A DNA stretch of 64,000 nucleotides. Origin: an uncultured Gemmatimonadales bacterium. Its GTDB lineage: Bacteria; Gemmatimonadota; Gemmatimonadetes; Gemmatimonadales; GWC2-71-9. Location of the stretch: contig CAVVKJ010000006.1 of assembly GCA_963748815.1 (NCBI GenBank), positions 65,728 to 129,727 of the forward strand. The letters are read 5' to 3'. The notes below the pieces were generated by a model. The model was not told the origin of the DNA, did not search any database, and saw nothing but the letters and a program-made list of their open reading frames with translations. Shown here one piece after another: positions 17,741 through 26,600 of the stretch (position 1 is its first letter; every line of letters starts with the position of its first letter). Made by a program: the position numbers and the translations under genes.

Positions 17741-19274
17741 ATGACGCGCCTCCTGCTCGCCGCCGTGCTCGTCCTGACCGCCTGCGGCGGCGAGGGGGGA
17801 CCCCGTTCGATCACCTACTACTTCACCGCCGATCCGCGCTCGCTGGACCCCGCCTTCTCGACCGACGTGCCGAGCGGCGAGATGCTGGCGATGCTCTTCG
17901 ACAACGTGACCCAGTTCGACGCCGCGGGGCGGCTGGTGCCCGGTCTCGCGACGCGCTGGGAGGCGGACACGGGCGGCGCCGTGTACACCTTTCACCTGCG
18001 CACCGACGCCGCCTTTCATGACGGGCGCCCGATCACCGCCCAGACCGTCCAGGCATCGTTCCGGCGCGTCCTCTCCCTCGCGTCGAAGGGGTCGAGAACC
18101 TGGACGCTGACGCCGATCCGGGGCGCGGCGGCCTTCGCGTCGGGCGCCGCCACCGACATCGAGGGGATCGCGGTGCCGGACGACTCCACGCTCGTCATCA
18201 CGCTCGAAGAACCGCTGAACGTCTTTCCCAAGCTGCTCGCCATGCCCGCCTCGGCAATCGTCCCCGAGTCGATCGGCCCCGACTTCAGCGAGCGGCCGAT
18301 CGGGAGCGGGCCGTGGCGGTTCGTGGAGTGGTCGCACGACGACGCCCTGCTCCTCGCGGCCAACGAGGCGTACTGGGGCGGACGCCCGCGCTCCGACACC
18401 CTGCGGGTCCGGATCATCCCTGAACCGCTCACGCAGGCGGCCGAGTTCGAGTTCGGACAGCTCGCCGTGGTGGAAGTGCCGTTCAGCGAGACCCCCCGCT
18501 GGGAGGCGGAACACGCCCAGGAGCTGCAGCGCCGCCCCGCCCTGCGGGCGCTCTACGTGGCCATCAACACGCAGCGCGGGCCACTCCAGGATGTCCGGGT
18601 GCGGCGCGCCCTCAACCTCGGCGTCGACGCCGGCACGATGCTCAGGACCATCATGGCAGGGCGCGGCGTGCGCGCCGCCGGCGCCATCCCGCCCGGACTC
18701 GAAGGGTATGACAGCACCCGCGCCCCGTATGCCTACGATCCCGCCGCCGCGCGGGCGCTCCTGGCCGACGCGGGCTACCCCGACGGACTCACCCTGAAGC
18801 TCTGGCGGACCCAGCGGTCCGAGCTGGCGCGCATCGCGCAGGCCATCCAGCAGAGCCTCGCGCAGGCGGGGGTGACCATCGAGATCGTCGAGCGCGACGC
18901 CTCCAGCGCCCGCGCCGCCTCCTCCAAGGGCGAGGCCGACCTCTTCCTCACCGACTGGTACGCCGACTATCCCGACCCCGAGAGCTTCAACTATCCGACC
19001 TTCTATTCGAAGAACGCCGGCGAGCGGCGGCAATCGCGCCTTCTTCGCCGACCCCTCCATCGACCGCATGATCCTGCGGGCCCGCGGCACACCCGACCTG
19101 GCCCTGAAGGACAGCCTGAGTCGCGTGATCGACCAGCGCATCTTCGAGGCGGCGCCCTGGATCTTCCTCTGGTTCCCGGTGGACCTCTGGGCGGAGCGCG
19201 CCGACGTGACCGGGTGGGAGATTCCCGCGATCTTCAACGGGCAGCGCTGGCGCACCGTGGAGCGGCGCCCGTGA
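17741..19274 (+). pseudogene. ABC transporter family-5 (peptide/nickel, DppA/OppA/MppA-like) substrate-binding lipoprotein, frameshifted
   Basis: Lipoprotein signal MTRLLLAAVLVLTACGG. The SBP_bac_5-like body runs in frame to ...FYSKNAG. The conserved C-terminus (GGNRAFFADPSIDRMILRARG...WRTVERRP) is in the +1 frame (track ORF 19068..19274). Total length is 3n+1. Confidence 0.7.
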
Positions 19275-20191
19275 CCCGCTTCCTCGTCTGGCGCCTCCTG
19301 GTCGTCCTGCCGACGCTCTTCGGCGTGCTGGTGGTGGCCTTCCTCCTGCTGCACGTCGCCCCGGGCGACCCGGTCCAGGCGATGGTCGGCGAACGCGCCG
19401 ACTCCGCCACGATGGTCCGCCTCCGCGCCGAACTGCACCTCGACGAGCCGCTCCCGAAGCGGTTTGTCCTGTACACCGCGGGCATCCTCCGGGGCGACCT
19501 CGGCAAGAGCTACATCACGGGCCGACCGATCCTCGGCGAATTGCTGCACCGCTTTCCCTACACGCTGCGGCTGGCGCTCGCCGCCATGCTCTTTGCCGTC
19601 AGCACCGGGCTGGTCGTCGGCATCTTCGGCGCCTGGCGCCCCGGCAGCTGGTTCGACCGGGTCATGACCCTCGGCGCCTACCTCGGCGTGTCGTTTCCGG
19701 TCTACTGGGTGGGCCTCCTGCTCATCCTGATCTTCGCCGTGCAGCTCCACTGGCTGCCCCCGTCCGGCTCGGGGGGGCTCGCCTTTCTCGTCCTCCCCGC
19801 CCTCACGCTGGGGATGCGGTCGGTGGCGGTCATCGCCCGGATGACGCGCGCCGCCATGCAGGAGGTCCTGCAGGCCGACTACATCCGGTCGGCGCGCGCC
19901 ATCGGCCTCGGCGAGGGCCGCGTGGTCCTCCGCCACGGCCTGCGCAACGCCCTCCTCCCGGTCATCACGGTGATCGGCCTCGATTTCGGCAGCTACTTGA
20001 CGGGCTCCATCCTGACGGAGACCATCTTCTCGTGGCCGGGCGTCGGTCGGTACGTCCTCACCGCCATCAGCAAGCGGGACTTGCCCGCCGTGCAGGGAAG
20101 CATCCTCTTTCTCAGTGTCGTCTTCGTCCTCGTCAACCTCATCACCGATCTCGTCTATGCCAAAGCCGACCCCCGGGTCTCGTATGACTGA
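19271..20191 (+). CDS. ABC transporter permease (DppB/OppB-like)
   Basis: GTG 19271 overlaps the SBP stop (GTGA). The N-terminus is VTRFLVWRLLVVLPTLFGV...HVAPGDPV, typical of BPD_transp_1 OppB. An EAA-like loop (ADYIRSARAIGLGEGRV) is present. 306 aa. Confidence 0.85.
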   Translation: MTRFLVWRLLVVLPTLFGVLVVAFLLLHVAPGDPVQAMVGERADSATMVRLRAELHLDEPLPKRFVLYTAGILRGDLGKSYITGRPILGELLHRFPYTLRLALAAMLFAVSTGLVVGIFGAWRPGSWFDRVMTLGAYLGVSFPVYWVGLLLILIFAVQLHWLPPSGSGGLAFLVLPALTLGMRSVAVIARMTRAAMQEVLQADYIRSARAIGLGEGRVVLRHGLRNALLPVITVIGLDFGSYLTGSILTETIFSWPGVGRYVLTAISKRDLPAVQGSILFLSVVFVLVNLITDLVYAKADPRVSYD

Positions 20192-21671
20192 CGCCATCCG
20201 GCGCGTGCTCGTCCTCCTGCTGCTCGGCGCCCTCGCCGGCTCGACTCCCGCGGCCGCACAGGCACTGCAGAAGCGGATCGACACCCGGCTCGGCGCGCCT
20301 CCCCTCGACCGCAGCCTCTGGGGAGTCGTGCTGATGGGCCCCGACGGGAAGCAGCTCTATGCCCGGAATGCCGACCGGATGTTCATCCCGGCCAGCAACA
20401 CCAAGCTGGTGGTGAGCGCCGTGGCCGCTGCGCTGTTTCCGCCCGACTGGACGGTTCAGACCAGCGTCTACGCCGACGGCCCGATCCGGGAAGGCGTCGT
20501 CGAGGGCGATCTGGTCCTCTACGGTCGGGGCGATCCCACGATGGGCGCCCGATGCTACGCCGTGGACACCACCGCGCCCGGTGCCTGCGACACCGACCCC
20601 TTCCAGCGGCTCCGCGAACTCGCGGGGCAACTGCGGAGCCGGGGCGTCACCACCGTCCAGGGCGACCTGATCGGCGACGGCAGCTGGTTTGACGGCGAAA
20701 TCGTCAATGGCGACTGGGAGGTCTACGACCTCAACTGGTGGTACGCCGCCCCCGTCTCCGGGCTCGGGTTCAACGACAACAGCATCGACTTCACCTACGC
20801 GCCCGGCGCCGCGATCGGTGCGCCGGCCACGATCACCTTCACCCCGGATTTCGGGACGGTGGCCTTCGAGAACCGCACCCGGACCGTGGCCGCCGGCAGC
20901 CCAACCACCATCGACTTCTTCCGCGAGCCCGGCACCCTGCGCGTCTGGGCCGAGGGCGACGTCGCCCTCGGCTCCCGCGGCGGGAAGGAGTACTTCGCCC
21001 TCCCCGACCCCGACCTCTTCACCGCCTGGGCGCTGCGGGCCGTGCTGGCGGACAGCGGCATCGCGGTGCTCGGGACCACGCGATCGACGACCGACTCGAC
21101 GGCGTACATGGCGGCGCGGCACGGCGCCGCCCTCGCCGAGGTCGCGTCGCGGCCGGTCAGCGACTGGATCTTCCCGATCCTCAACACCAGCCAGAACTGG
21201 TTTGCCGAAATGCTGCTGAAGCAGCTCGGGCGGCAGTTCGGCGGCGGGGGGTCCTGGAAGGAAGGGCTCGCCCTCGAACGGCGGTTCCTCATCGACTCGA
21301 TGCGCGTCGACTCGCTCCAGTTCGCGCTGCGCGACGGCTCCGGCCTCTCCAGTTCCAACCTCGTCTCCCCCCGCGCCTTCGCGACGCTGCTGGCCTGGAT
21401 GCTCGACCACCCTCGCTTCAATTCGTTCGCGGCGGGCCTGCCGCAATCGGGCCAGCGCGGGTCGCTCAAGTCACGGTTCGTCGGCACGCCGCTCGAGGGC
21501 AGGGTGCGGGCCAAGACGGGCAGCATCAGCCGCGTGAACACCCTCTCCGGGTACATCGAGCAGCCGGGGCGCACGCTGGTGTTCTCGGTGGAGGCGAACA
21601 ACCACACCCTCGGCAGCCGGGTGATGATTCCGCAGATCGACAGCCTCGTCGTACAGATGGGCAGGAAGTAG
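20184..21671 (+). CDS. dacB: D-alanyl-D-alanine carboxypeptidase/endopeptidase (PBP4, peptidase S13)
   Basis: ATG 20184 overlaps the end of the permease gene. Signal peptide present. SxxK motif in PASNTKL. Later motifs are SGLS(S)SN-like and KTGS. 495 aa. Confidence 0.9.
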   Translation: MTDAIRRVLVLLLLGALAGSTPAAAQALQKRIDTRLGAPPLDRSLWGVVLMGPDGKQLYARNADRMFIPASNTKLVVSAVAAALFPPDWTVQTSVYADGPIREGVVEGDLVLYGRGDPTMGARCYAVDTTAPGACDTDPFQRLRELAGQLRSRGVTTVQGDLIGDGSWFDGEIVNGDWEVYDLNWWYAAPVSGLGFNDNSIDFTYAPGAAIGAPATITFTPDFGTVAFENRTRTVAAGSPTTIDFFREPGTLRVWAEGDVALGSRGGKEYFALPDPDLFTAWALRAVLADSGIAVLGTTRSTTDSTAYMAARHGAALAEVASRPVSDWIFPILNTSQNWFAEMLLKQLGRQFGGGGSWKEGLALERRFLIDSMRVDSLQFALRDGSGLSSSNLVSPRAFATLLAWMLDHPRFNSFAAGLPQSGQRGSLKSRFVGTPLEGRVRAKTGSISRVNTLSGYIEQPGRTLVFSVEANNHTLGSRVMIPQIDSLVVQMGRK

Positions 21672-21672
21672 C

Positions 21673-23059
21673 GTGAGCGGCTCGCCGCTGCGGGTGGCCA
21701 TCGTCGGCGCCGGACCCTCCGGGTTCTACGCCGCGGACCACCTGCTGAAGCAGGAACGGCCGGTGGAAGTGGATCTCTTCGACCGGCTGCCGACGCCGTT
21801 CGGCCTGGTCCGCGGCGGCGTCGCCCCCGACCACCCGAAGATCAAGTCCGTGACCCGGGTGTACGACAAGGTGGCCGCGCACCCCGCGTTCCGGTTCTTC
21901 GGCAACGTCACGGCGGGCCGCGACGTCACGGCCGAGGAACTTCGGCGCCACTATCACGCCGTCCTCTGGGCGGTTGGTGCGGAGTCGGACCGGACCCTCG
22001 GCATCCCCGGCGAGGAGCTTCCGGGCAGCCACACCGCCACCGAGTTCGTCGGCTGGTACAACGGACACCCCGACTTCCAGGACCGGCGGTTCGACCTGAC
22101 GCAGGAGGCGGCCGCGGTGGTGGGCGTCGGGAACGTGGCCATGGACGTGACGCGCATCCTGGCCAGCGATCCCGACGACCTCGCCACGACCGACATCACG
22201 GCCTCCGCCCTCGCCGCGCTCCGCGCCAGCCAGGTCCGGACGATCTACCTGCTGGGCCGACGCGGCCCGGCACAGGCGGCGTTCACCAATCCGGAGCTGA
22301 AGGAGCTGGGCGAGTTGCCGCTGGCCGACGTCGTGGTGCGGGCAGCGGACCTCGAACTCGATGCCGCCACCCGCGCGTCGCTGGAGGCGGCGCCGGATAG
22401 GGAGGCCGAGAAGAACCTCAAGACCCTGCGCGAACTCCTGGAGCGCGGCGTCCAGGGTCGCCCGCGCCGGATCGAGATTCGCTTCTCCACGTCGCCGGTC
22501 CGGATCGAGGGCACCGGGCGCGTGGAGCGAATGGTGGTGGGCGCGAACCGGCTCGAGGCGGGGTCCCGCGGCGTCCAGGCGGTCGCGACAGGCGACGAGA
22601 CGACGCTGCCGGTCGGGCTCGTCTTTCGTTCCGTCGGGTATCGCGCTCTCCCGGTGCCGGGAGTCCCGTTCGACGACCGCCACGCCGTCGTCCCCAACGA
22701 GCGGGGGCGCGTGCTGGCGGCCAGCGGTGGCGCCCCGGTCCCCGGCTCCTACGTGGCGGGGTGGATCAAGCGTGGCCCGAGCGGGGTCATCGGCACCAAC
22801 AAGCCCGATGCCGTGGAGACCGTGGGCTGCCTCCTCGAGGACGCCGACCGCGGTGCGCTGCCAGAGCCGGCCTCGCCGGACCGGCAGGCCGTCCTCGCGC
22901 TCCTCGAGTCGCGCGGGGTCGACGTCGTGCGGTGGAGCGACTGGCAGGACGCTCGATGCGCACGAGTGCGCGGGGGGAGCTCCCCGCGGCGCCCCGAGGG
23001 AAAAGGTCACCGACACCGGCGAGATGCTCGCCGTCATCCGGCGCGCGAGGCAAGACTGA
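21673..23059 (+). pseudogene. fprA: FprA/adrenodoxin-reductase-type ferredoxin-NADP+ reductase, frameshifted near the C-terminus
   Basis: N-terminus RVAIVGAGPSGFYAA, a second Rossmann motif VVGVGNVAMDV, then GWIKRGPSGVIGTNK. The natural-looking C-terminus (LDAHE...PREKVTDTGEMLAVIRRARQD) lies in the +1 frame (track ORF ending 23059). Total length is 3n+1. Confidence 0.7.
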
Positions 23060-23604
23060 TGAAGATCTACACGAGGACCGGCGACCAGGGAGACACGGGA
23101 CTCTTCGGCGGAGGACGCGTGCCGAAGGACCACGAACGCGTCGCGGCCTATGGCGACGTGGACGAACTGAACGCCGTGCTCGGCGTGGCGCGCGCCGCGG
23201 CGCCTGGCGCCGCGTTTGACCCGCTGCTGGAAACAATTCAGCGCGATCTCTTCAGCATCGGCGGCTACCTCGCGACGCCGGACCCCGCCAAGGTCGCCGC
23301 CGCGCTCGCCAAGGCGGAGCTGCCCCCGGCCCGCATCGACGAGTTCGAGCGCGCCATGGACGAGGCCGACGCCGAGCTGCCGCCGCTGCGCGCCTTCGTG
23401 TTGCCGGCCGGGACACCGCAGGCGGCCGCCCTGCACCACGCGCGGACCGTCTGCCGGCGCGCGGAGCGAAGCGTGGTGCACCTCGCGCACCGCGCGGAGG
23501 TACCTCCCCTCCTGATCACCTACCTGAACCGGCTCTCCGACCTCCTCTTCACCTTTGCCCGCCTCGCCAATCACCGGGCCGGCGTGGCCGACAAAACCTG
23601 GTAG
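23059..23604 (+). CDS. PduO-type ATP:cob(I)alamin adenosyltransferase
   Basis: MKIYTRTGDQGDTGLFGG... is the hallmark N-terminus. 181 aa. The ATG shares one base with the frame-corrected fprA stop (TGATG). Confidence 0.9.
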   Translation: MKIYTRTGDQGDTGLFGGGRVPKDHERVAAYGDVDELNAVLGVARAAAPGAAFDPLLETIQRDLFSIGGYLATPDPAKVAAALAKAELPPARIDEFERAMDEADAELPPLRAFVLPAGTPQAAALHHARTVCRRAERSVVHLAHRAEVPPLLITYLNRLSDLLFTFARLANHRAGVADKTW

Positions 23605-23606
23605 CG

Positions 23607-24698
23607 GTGCCCGACTTCACGATCCGCCACGCCCTCGGCAGCTATGTCGTGACCGTGCGGGCGGGCGTCCTGGACGAGCTCCCCGCGCGCGTAGAGGCGC
23701 TCTGGCCAGGGCGCCCGGTGGCGGTGATCACCGACGACACCGTCGCCGCACTGCTCGCCGATCGCCTGGCCGAGGGCCCCTGGTCGCTGGTCCTCTCGGT
23801 TCCGGCCGGTGAGTCCTCGAAGAGCCGGGAGCGCTGGGAGGCGCTGACCGATGCCCTCTTCTCGGCGGGACTCACCAGGAACGCCGCCATCGTGGCCCTC
23901 GGTGGCGGAATGGTCGGCGACCTGGCGGGCTTCGTCGCCGCCACCTACGCCCGCGGCATCCCCTTCCTGCAGGTGCCCACCACCCTCCTCGCCATGGTCG
24001 ACTCGTCCGTCGGCGGGAAGACTGGCGTGGACACCCCGCTGGGAAAGAACCTCGTCGGCGCGTTCCACCCTCCGGCCGCCGTCCTCGCCGATCCGCTGGT
24101 GCTGCGCTCCCTCCCGCCACAGCAGCTCCGCTGCGGGCTGGCCGAAATGGCCAAGCACGGCATCATCGGTGACCGCGAGTACTGGACCGAGCTGGGCGAG
24201 AAGGGGGAGCAACTGCAGGCGCGCGACCCGGAGGTGCTGACCCGGTTCATCGCGCGGAGCGTCGAATTGAAGGCCTCGGTGGTCATGGAGGATGAGCGAG
24301 AGGCCGGCCGGCGCGCCATTCTCAACGCCGGCCACACCGTGGCGCACGCAGTCGAGCATGCCTCGAACTTCGGCGTCTCCCACGGCGACGCGGTGGCGAT
24401 GGGGCTGGTGGCCGAAGCACACCTTGCCGAGGCGATCGGGGTGGCGGTGCCGGGGCTGGCGGCACGGATCACGGCAGGATTGAAGCGCCTCGCGCTCCCG
24501 ACTCGACTTCCGGTCGAGTTTGACGCCAACGAAATCTTCGATGCGATGCGACTCGACAAGAAGCGCTCGAAGAACGAGCTCCGATTCGCACTTCCGCACG
24601 ACCTCGGCACGATGGCGACCGACGGCGACCGCTGGACGATCGCCGTCCGCGACACGCAGGCGATTGTGCACGCCCTCCGCGCGGCCGGCGCCGCCTGA
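23607..24698 (+). CDS. aroB: 3-dehydroquinate synthase
   Basis: 363-aa ORF with motifs GGGMVGDLAGFVAATYARGIPFLQVPTTLLAMVDSSVGGKTGV and, later, GHTVAHAVE. Confidence 0.95.
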   Translation: MPDFTIRHALGSYVVTVRAGVLDELPARVEALWPGRPVAVITDDTVAALLADRLAEGPWSLVLSVPAGESSKSRERWEALTDALFSAGLTRNAAIVALGGGMVGDLAGFVAATYARGIPFLQVPTTLLAMVDSSVGGKTGVDTPLGKNLVGAFHPPAAVLADPLVLRSLPPQQLRCGLAEMAKHGIIGDREYWTELGEKGEQLQARDPEVLTRFIARSVELKASVVMEDEREAGRRAILNAGHTVAHAVEHASNFGVSHGDAVAMGLVAEAHLAEAIGVAVPGLAARITAGLKRLALPTRLPVEFDANEIFDAMRLDKKRSKNELRFALPHDLGTMATDGDRWTIAVRDTQAIVHALRAAGAA

Positions 24699-24736
24699 AT
24701 CCACATCTGTCCACAATTGATGCACAACGCTGAATT

Positions 24737-24767
24737 CTGTAACTAATTGATTAACAATTAGTTACAG
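24737..24767. repeat. perfect AT-rich inverted repeat (13-bp arms, 5-bp spacer)
   Basis: CTGTAACTAATTG-ATTAA-CAATTAGTTACAG. It lies 39 nt after the aroB stop and about 100 nt upstream of the sigma-factor promoter. A second 6-bp inverted repeat follows (AGATAC...GTATCT, 24766-24793). Confidence 0.6.
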
Positions 24768-24869
24768 ATACTTTTCAACTTATGTGTGTATCTCGAATCG
24801 GGGAGGAAGTGGACGGAACTCCGAAGTCGTTTCCTGATACTATTTTGTGATGTGGAAAGAAATTTTCGC

Positions 24870-24898
24870 TTGACCAGTTTCTAGGCGTGTCCTATATT
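24870..24898 (+). promoter_or_regulatory. sigma70-type promoter (TTGACC-17 nt-TATATT)
   Basis: -35 TTGACC at 24870-24875 and -10 TATATT at 24893-24898, with 17-nt spacing. It lies upstream of the sigma-factor gene. The sequence was cross-checked against the antisense track ORF ending at 24840. Confidence 0.55.
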
Positions 24899-24983
24899 CG
24901 CACACCTGATGGCTCGCCTCCCGCCGTCGGCTCCACGGACAATTCGCTCGCTCCTGCTCGCGCCACGACCCACGGGGATCGCC

Positions 24984-25877
24984 ATGGCTCACGGTAGTGC
25001 CACCAAACCCAAAGCCCTCTTTCGCGCTGTACCGACCGGGGCCTTCGATCAATACCTCCACGACATCCAGAAGCTCCCGATGATCTCCGACCCCGCCGAG
25101 GAGAAGCGACTCGCGCGGCTGGCGCAGGGCGGCGATGCGAAGGCAGCCGAGCGGCTGGTGACGGCCAATCTCCGGTTCGTGATTTCCTACGTGAAGAAGT
25201 ACCAGGGCCACGGGCTCGATCTCTCCGAACTCGTCGCCATCGGGAATGAGGGGCTGCTGAAGGCGGTCCGGAAATTCGATCCCGACCACGGCGTCAAGTT
25301 CATCTCGTACGCCGTCTGGTGGGTGCGCCAGGCGGTCCTCAAGGCCCTCGCCGAGCAGACCCGGAGCGTCCGCATCCCGCTCAACCAGAACTCCGCCCTC
25401 ATCAAGATGTCACGCGCGGAGAGCTTTCTCGCCCAGGAGATGGGCCGCGAGCCGACCGACCGCGAGGTGGCCACCGCGATGAACGAATCGGTGGAGAATG
25501 TCCGGCTGGCGCGCCGGATGAGTTCCGGGGAGATGTCGCTCGACGCCCCGGTGGAGCGGAGCGACCGGGGATCCAGCACCTTCGGGGACCGGTTCCCCGG
25601 CTCCGGAGGCTCCGACATCGAGGAGCACACCGACGCCCGGCTCACCCGCGAATTCATCGACCGCCTCTTTGCCCAGTATCTCACGCCACGCGAACGCAAG
25701 ATCCTCTACCTCTACTACGGCCTCGAGGAGGGATCCGACGCCCTCACCCTCGAGCGCATCGGTGAACTCCTCGGCGTCACCCGCGAACGGATCCGGCAAA
25801 TTCGCGAGCGCGCCTTCGAGAAGCTGCGCCAGGCCCCGGACGTGAAGGGTCTCAACGGAATGTGGGGCGCCGCCTAG
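24984..25877 (+). CDS. sigma70-family RNA polymerase sigma factor (RpoD/RpoS-like, regions 1.2-4, no long region 1.1)
   Basis: FDQYLHDIQKLPMISDPAEE (region 1.2). ANLRFVISYVKKY...NEGLLKAVRKFD...FISYAVWWVRQAV (region 2). LTLERIGELLGVTRERIRQIRERAFEKLR (region 4.2). ATG 24984 is preferred because GGGGA lies upstream. ATG 24909 is possible but would be nearly leaderless. Confidence 0.9.
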   Translation: MAHGSATKPKALFRAVPTGAFDQYLHDIQKLPMISDPAEEKRLARLAQGGDAKAAERLVTANLRFVISYVKKYQGHGLDLSELVAIGNEGLLKAVRKFDPDHGVKFISYAVWWVRQAVLKALAEQTRSVRIPLNQNSALIKMSRAESFLAQEMGREPTDREVATAMNESVENVRLARRMSSGEMSLDAPVERSDRGSSTFGDRFPGSGGSDIEEHTDARLTREFIDRLFAQYLTPRERKILYLYYGLEEGSDALTLERIGELLGVTRERIRQIRERAFEKLRQAPDVKGLNGMWGAA

Positions 25878-25934
25878 CCGGTCGACCTCCCGGGGTCGCT
25901 CACCCCTGCCACCTCAATTGCGCTAGATTCCGGC

Positions 25935-26600
25935 ATGCCCTCCCGGCTTCCGCTCTTTCCGCTCGAAGTGGTGTTGTTTCCGGGAACCCCGCTCCCGCTC
26001 CACATCTTTGAGCCACGCTATCGCGCCATGCTCGCCGACTGCCTCGCAGCCGACGAGCGGTTCGGGCTGCTCCCGCCTGCCCGCGATGGCACCGCCCCGC
26101 GTTCCGGCACCGTCGGATGCGTCGCGCGCATCCGCGCCTCCCACCAGCTCCCCGACGGACGGAGCAACATCGTCGTCGTGGGCGAACGCCGGTTTCTCCT
26201 TCGCCAGACCCTCGCGACCGACGCCCCCTATCTGATCGGGCTGGTGGATACCTTCGAGGACCTCCCCGGTCCCGAGGTGCCGACCGAGGCGCTCGCCGCC
26301 CTTCGCGACGCGGCGACGAACTATCTGGGCGCCATGGAAGTGCTCGGGGGCGGGAGCGACCACGCGCCCTGGGCGGACGAGGCGGACTCGCTCTCCTTCC
26401 AGGTGGCCGCGGCGGTGGACTTCGAGGTCGAAGTGAAGCGGAGATTGCTGGAGATGCGCACCGCTTCCGAGCGCGTCGCCCTGCTGCTCGAGATGCTGCC
26501 GCCACTCGCCGCCGAGGCGGCGGTCCGGGCCCGGGTCCATTCCCGCGCCCGGACCAACGGGAAGGGCGGCCCCCACCCCGATATCGCTGTCGCGCCGTGA
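25935..26600 (+). CDS. Lon N-terminal (LON substrate-binding) domain-only protein
   Basis: LPLFPLEVVLFPGTPLPLHIFEPRYRAM is the canonical start of the LON/PUA-like N-domain. At 221 aa it has no AAA+ or protease part. Confidence 0.85.
   Translation: MPSRLPLFPLEVVLFPGTPLPLHIFEPRYRAMLADCLAADERFGLLPPARDGTAPRSGTVGCVARIRASHQLPDGRSNIVVVGERRFLLRQTLATDAPYLIGLVDTFEDLPGPEVPTEALAALRDAATNYLGAMEVLGGGSDHAPWADEADSLSFQVAAAVDFEVEVKRRLLEMRTASERVALLLEMLPPLAAEAAVRARVHSRARTNGKGGPHPDIAVAP

Noticed and set aside
17741-20191. 816-aa ORF as a genuine binding-protein/permease fusion, and 643-aa ORF 21673..23604 as a genuine FprA-PduO fusion.
   Set aside because: The linkers are frame-shifted junk. The conserved C-termini of the upstream proteins are found in the +1 frame, ending with typical stop/start overlaps onto the downstream genes. 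A single-base indel explains both.
24737-24767. The palindrome begins with CTGT and ends with ACAG, reminiscent of the E. coli-type LexA box CTGT-N8-ACAG.
   Set aside because: The spacing between CTGT and ACAG is 23 nt rather than 8. No SOS gene is adjacent. It is kept only as a generic palindrome, operator or terminator candidate.
24909-24983. ATG 24909 as the start of the sigma factor, giving the 322-aa version in the track.
   Set aside because: It lies only about 10 nt after the predicted -10 box and has no SD. The added peptide (MARLPPSAPRTIRSLLLAPRPTGIA) is junk-like. ATG 24984 has a purine-rich SD. This is not fully excluded; a leaderless mRNA is possible.
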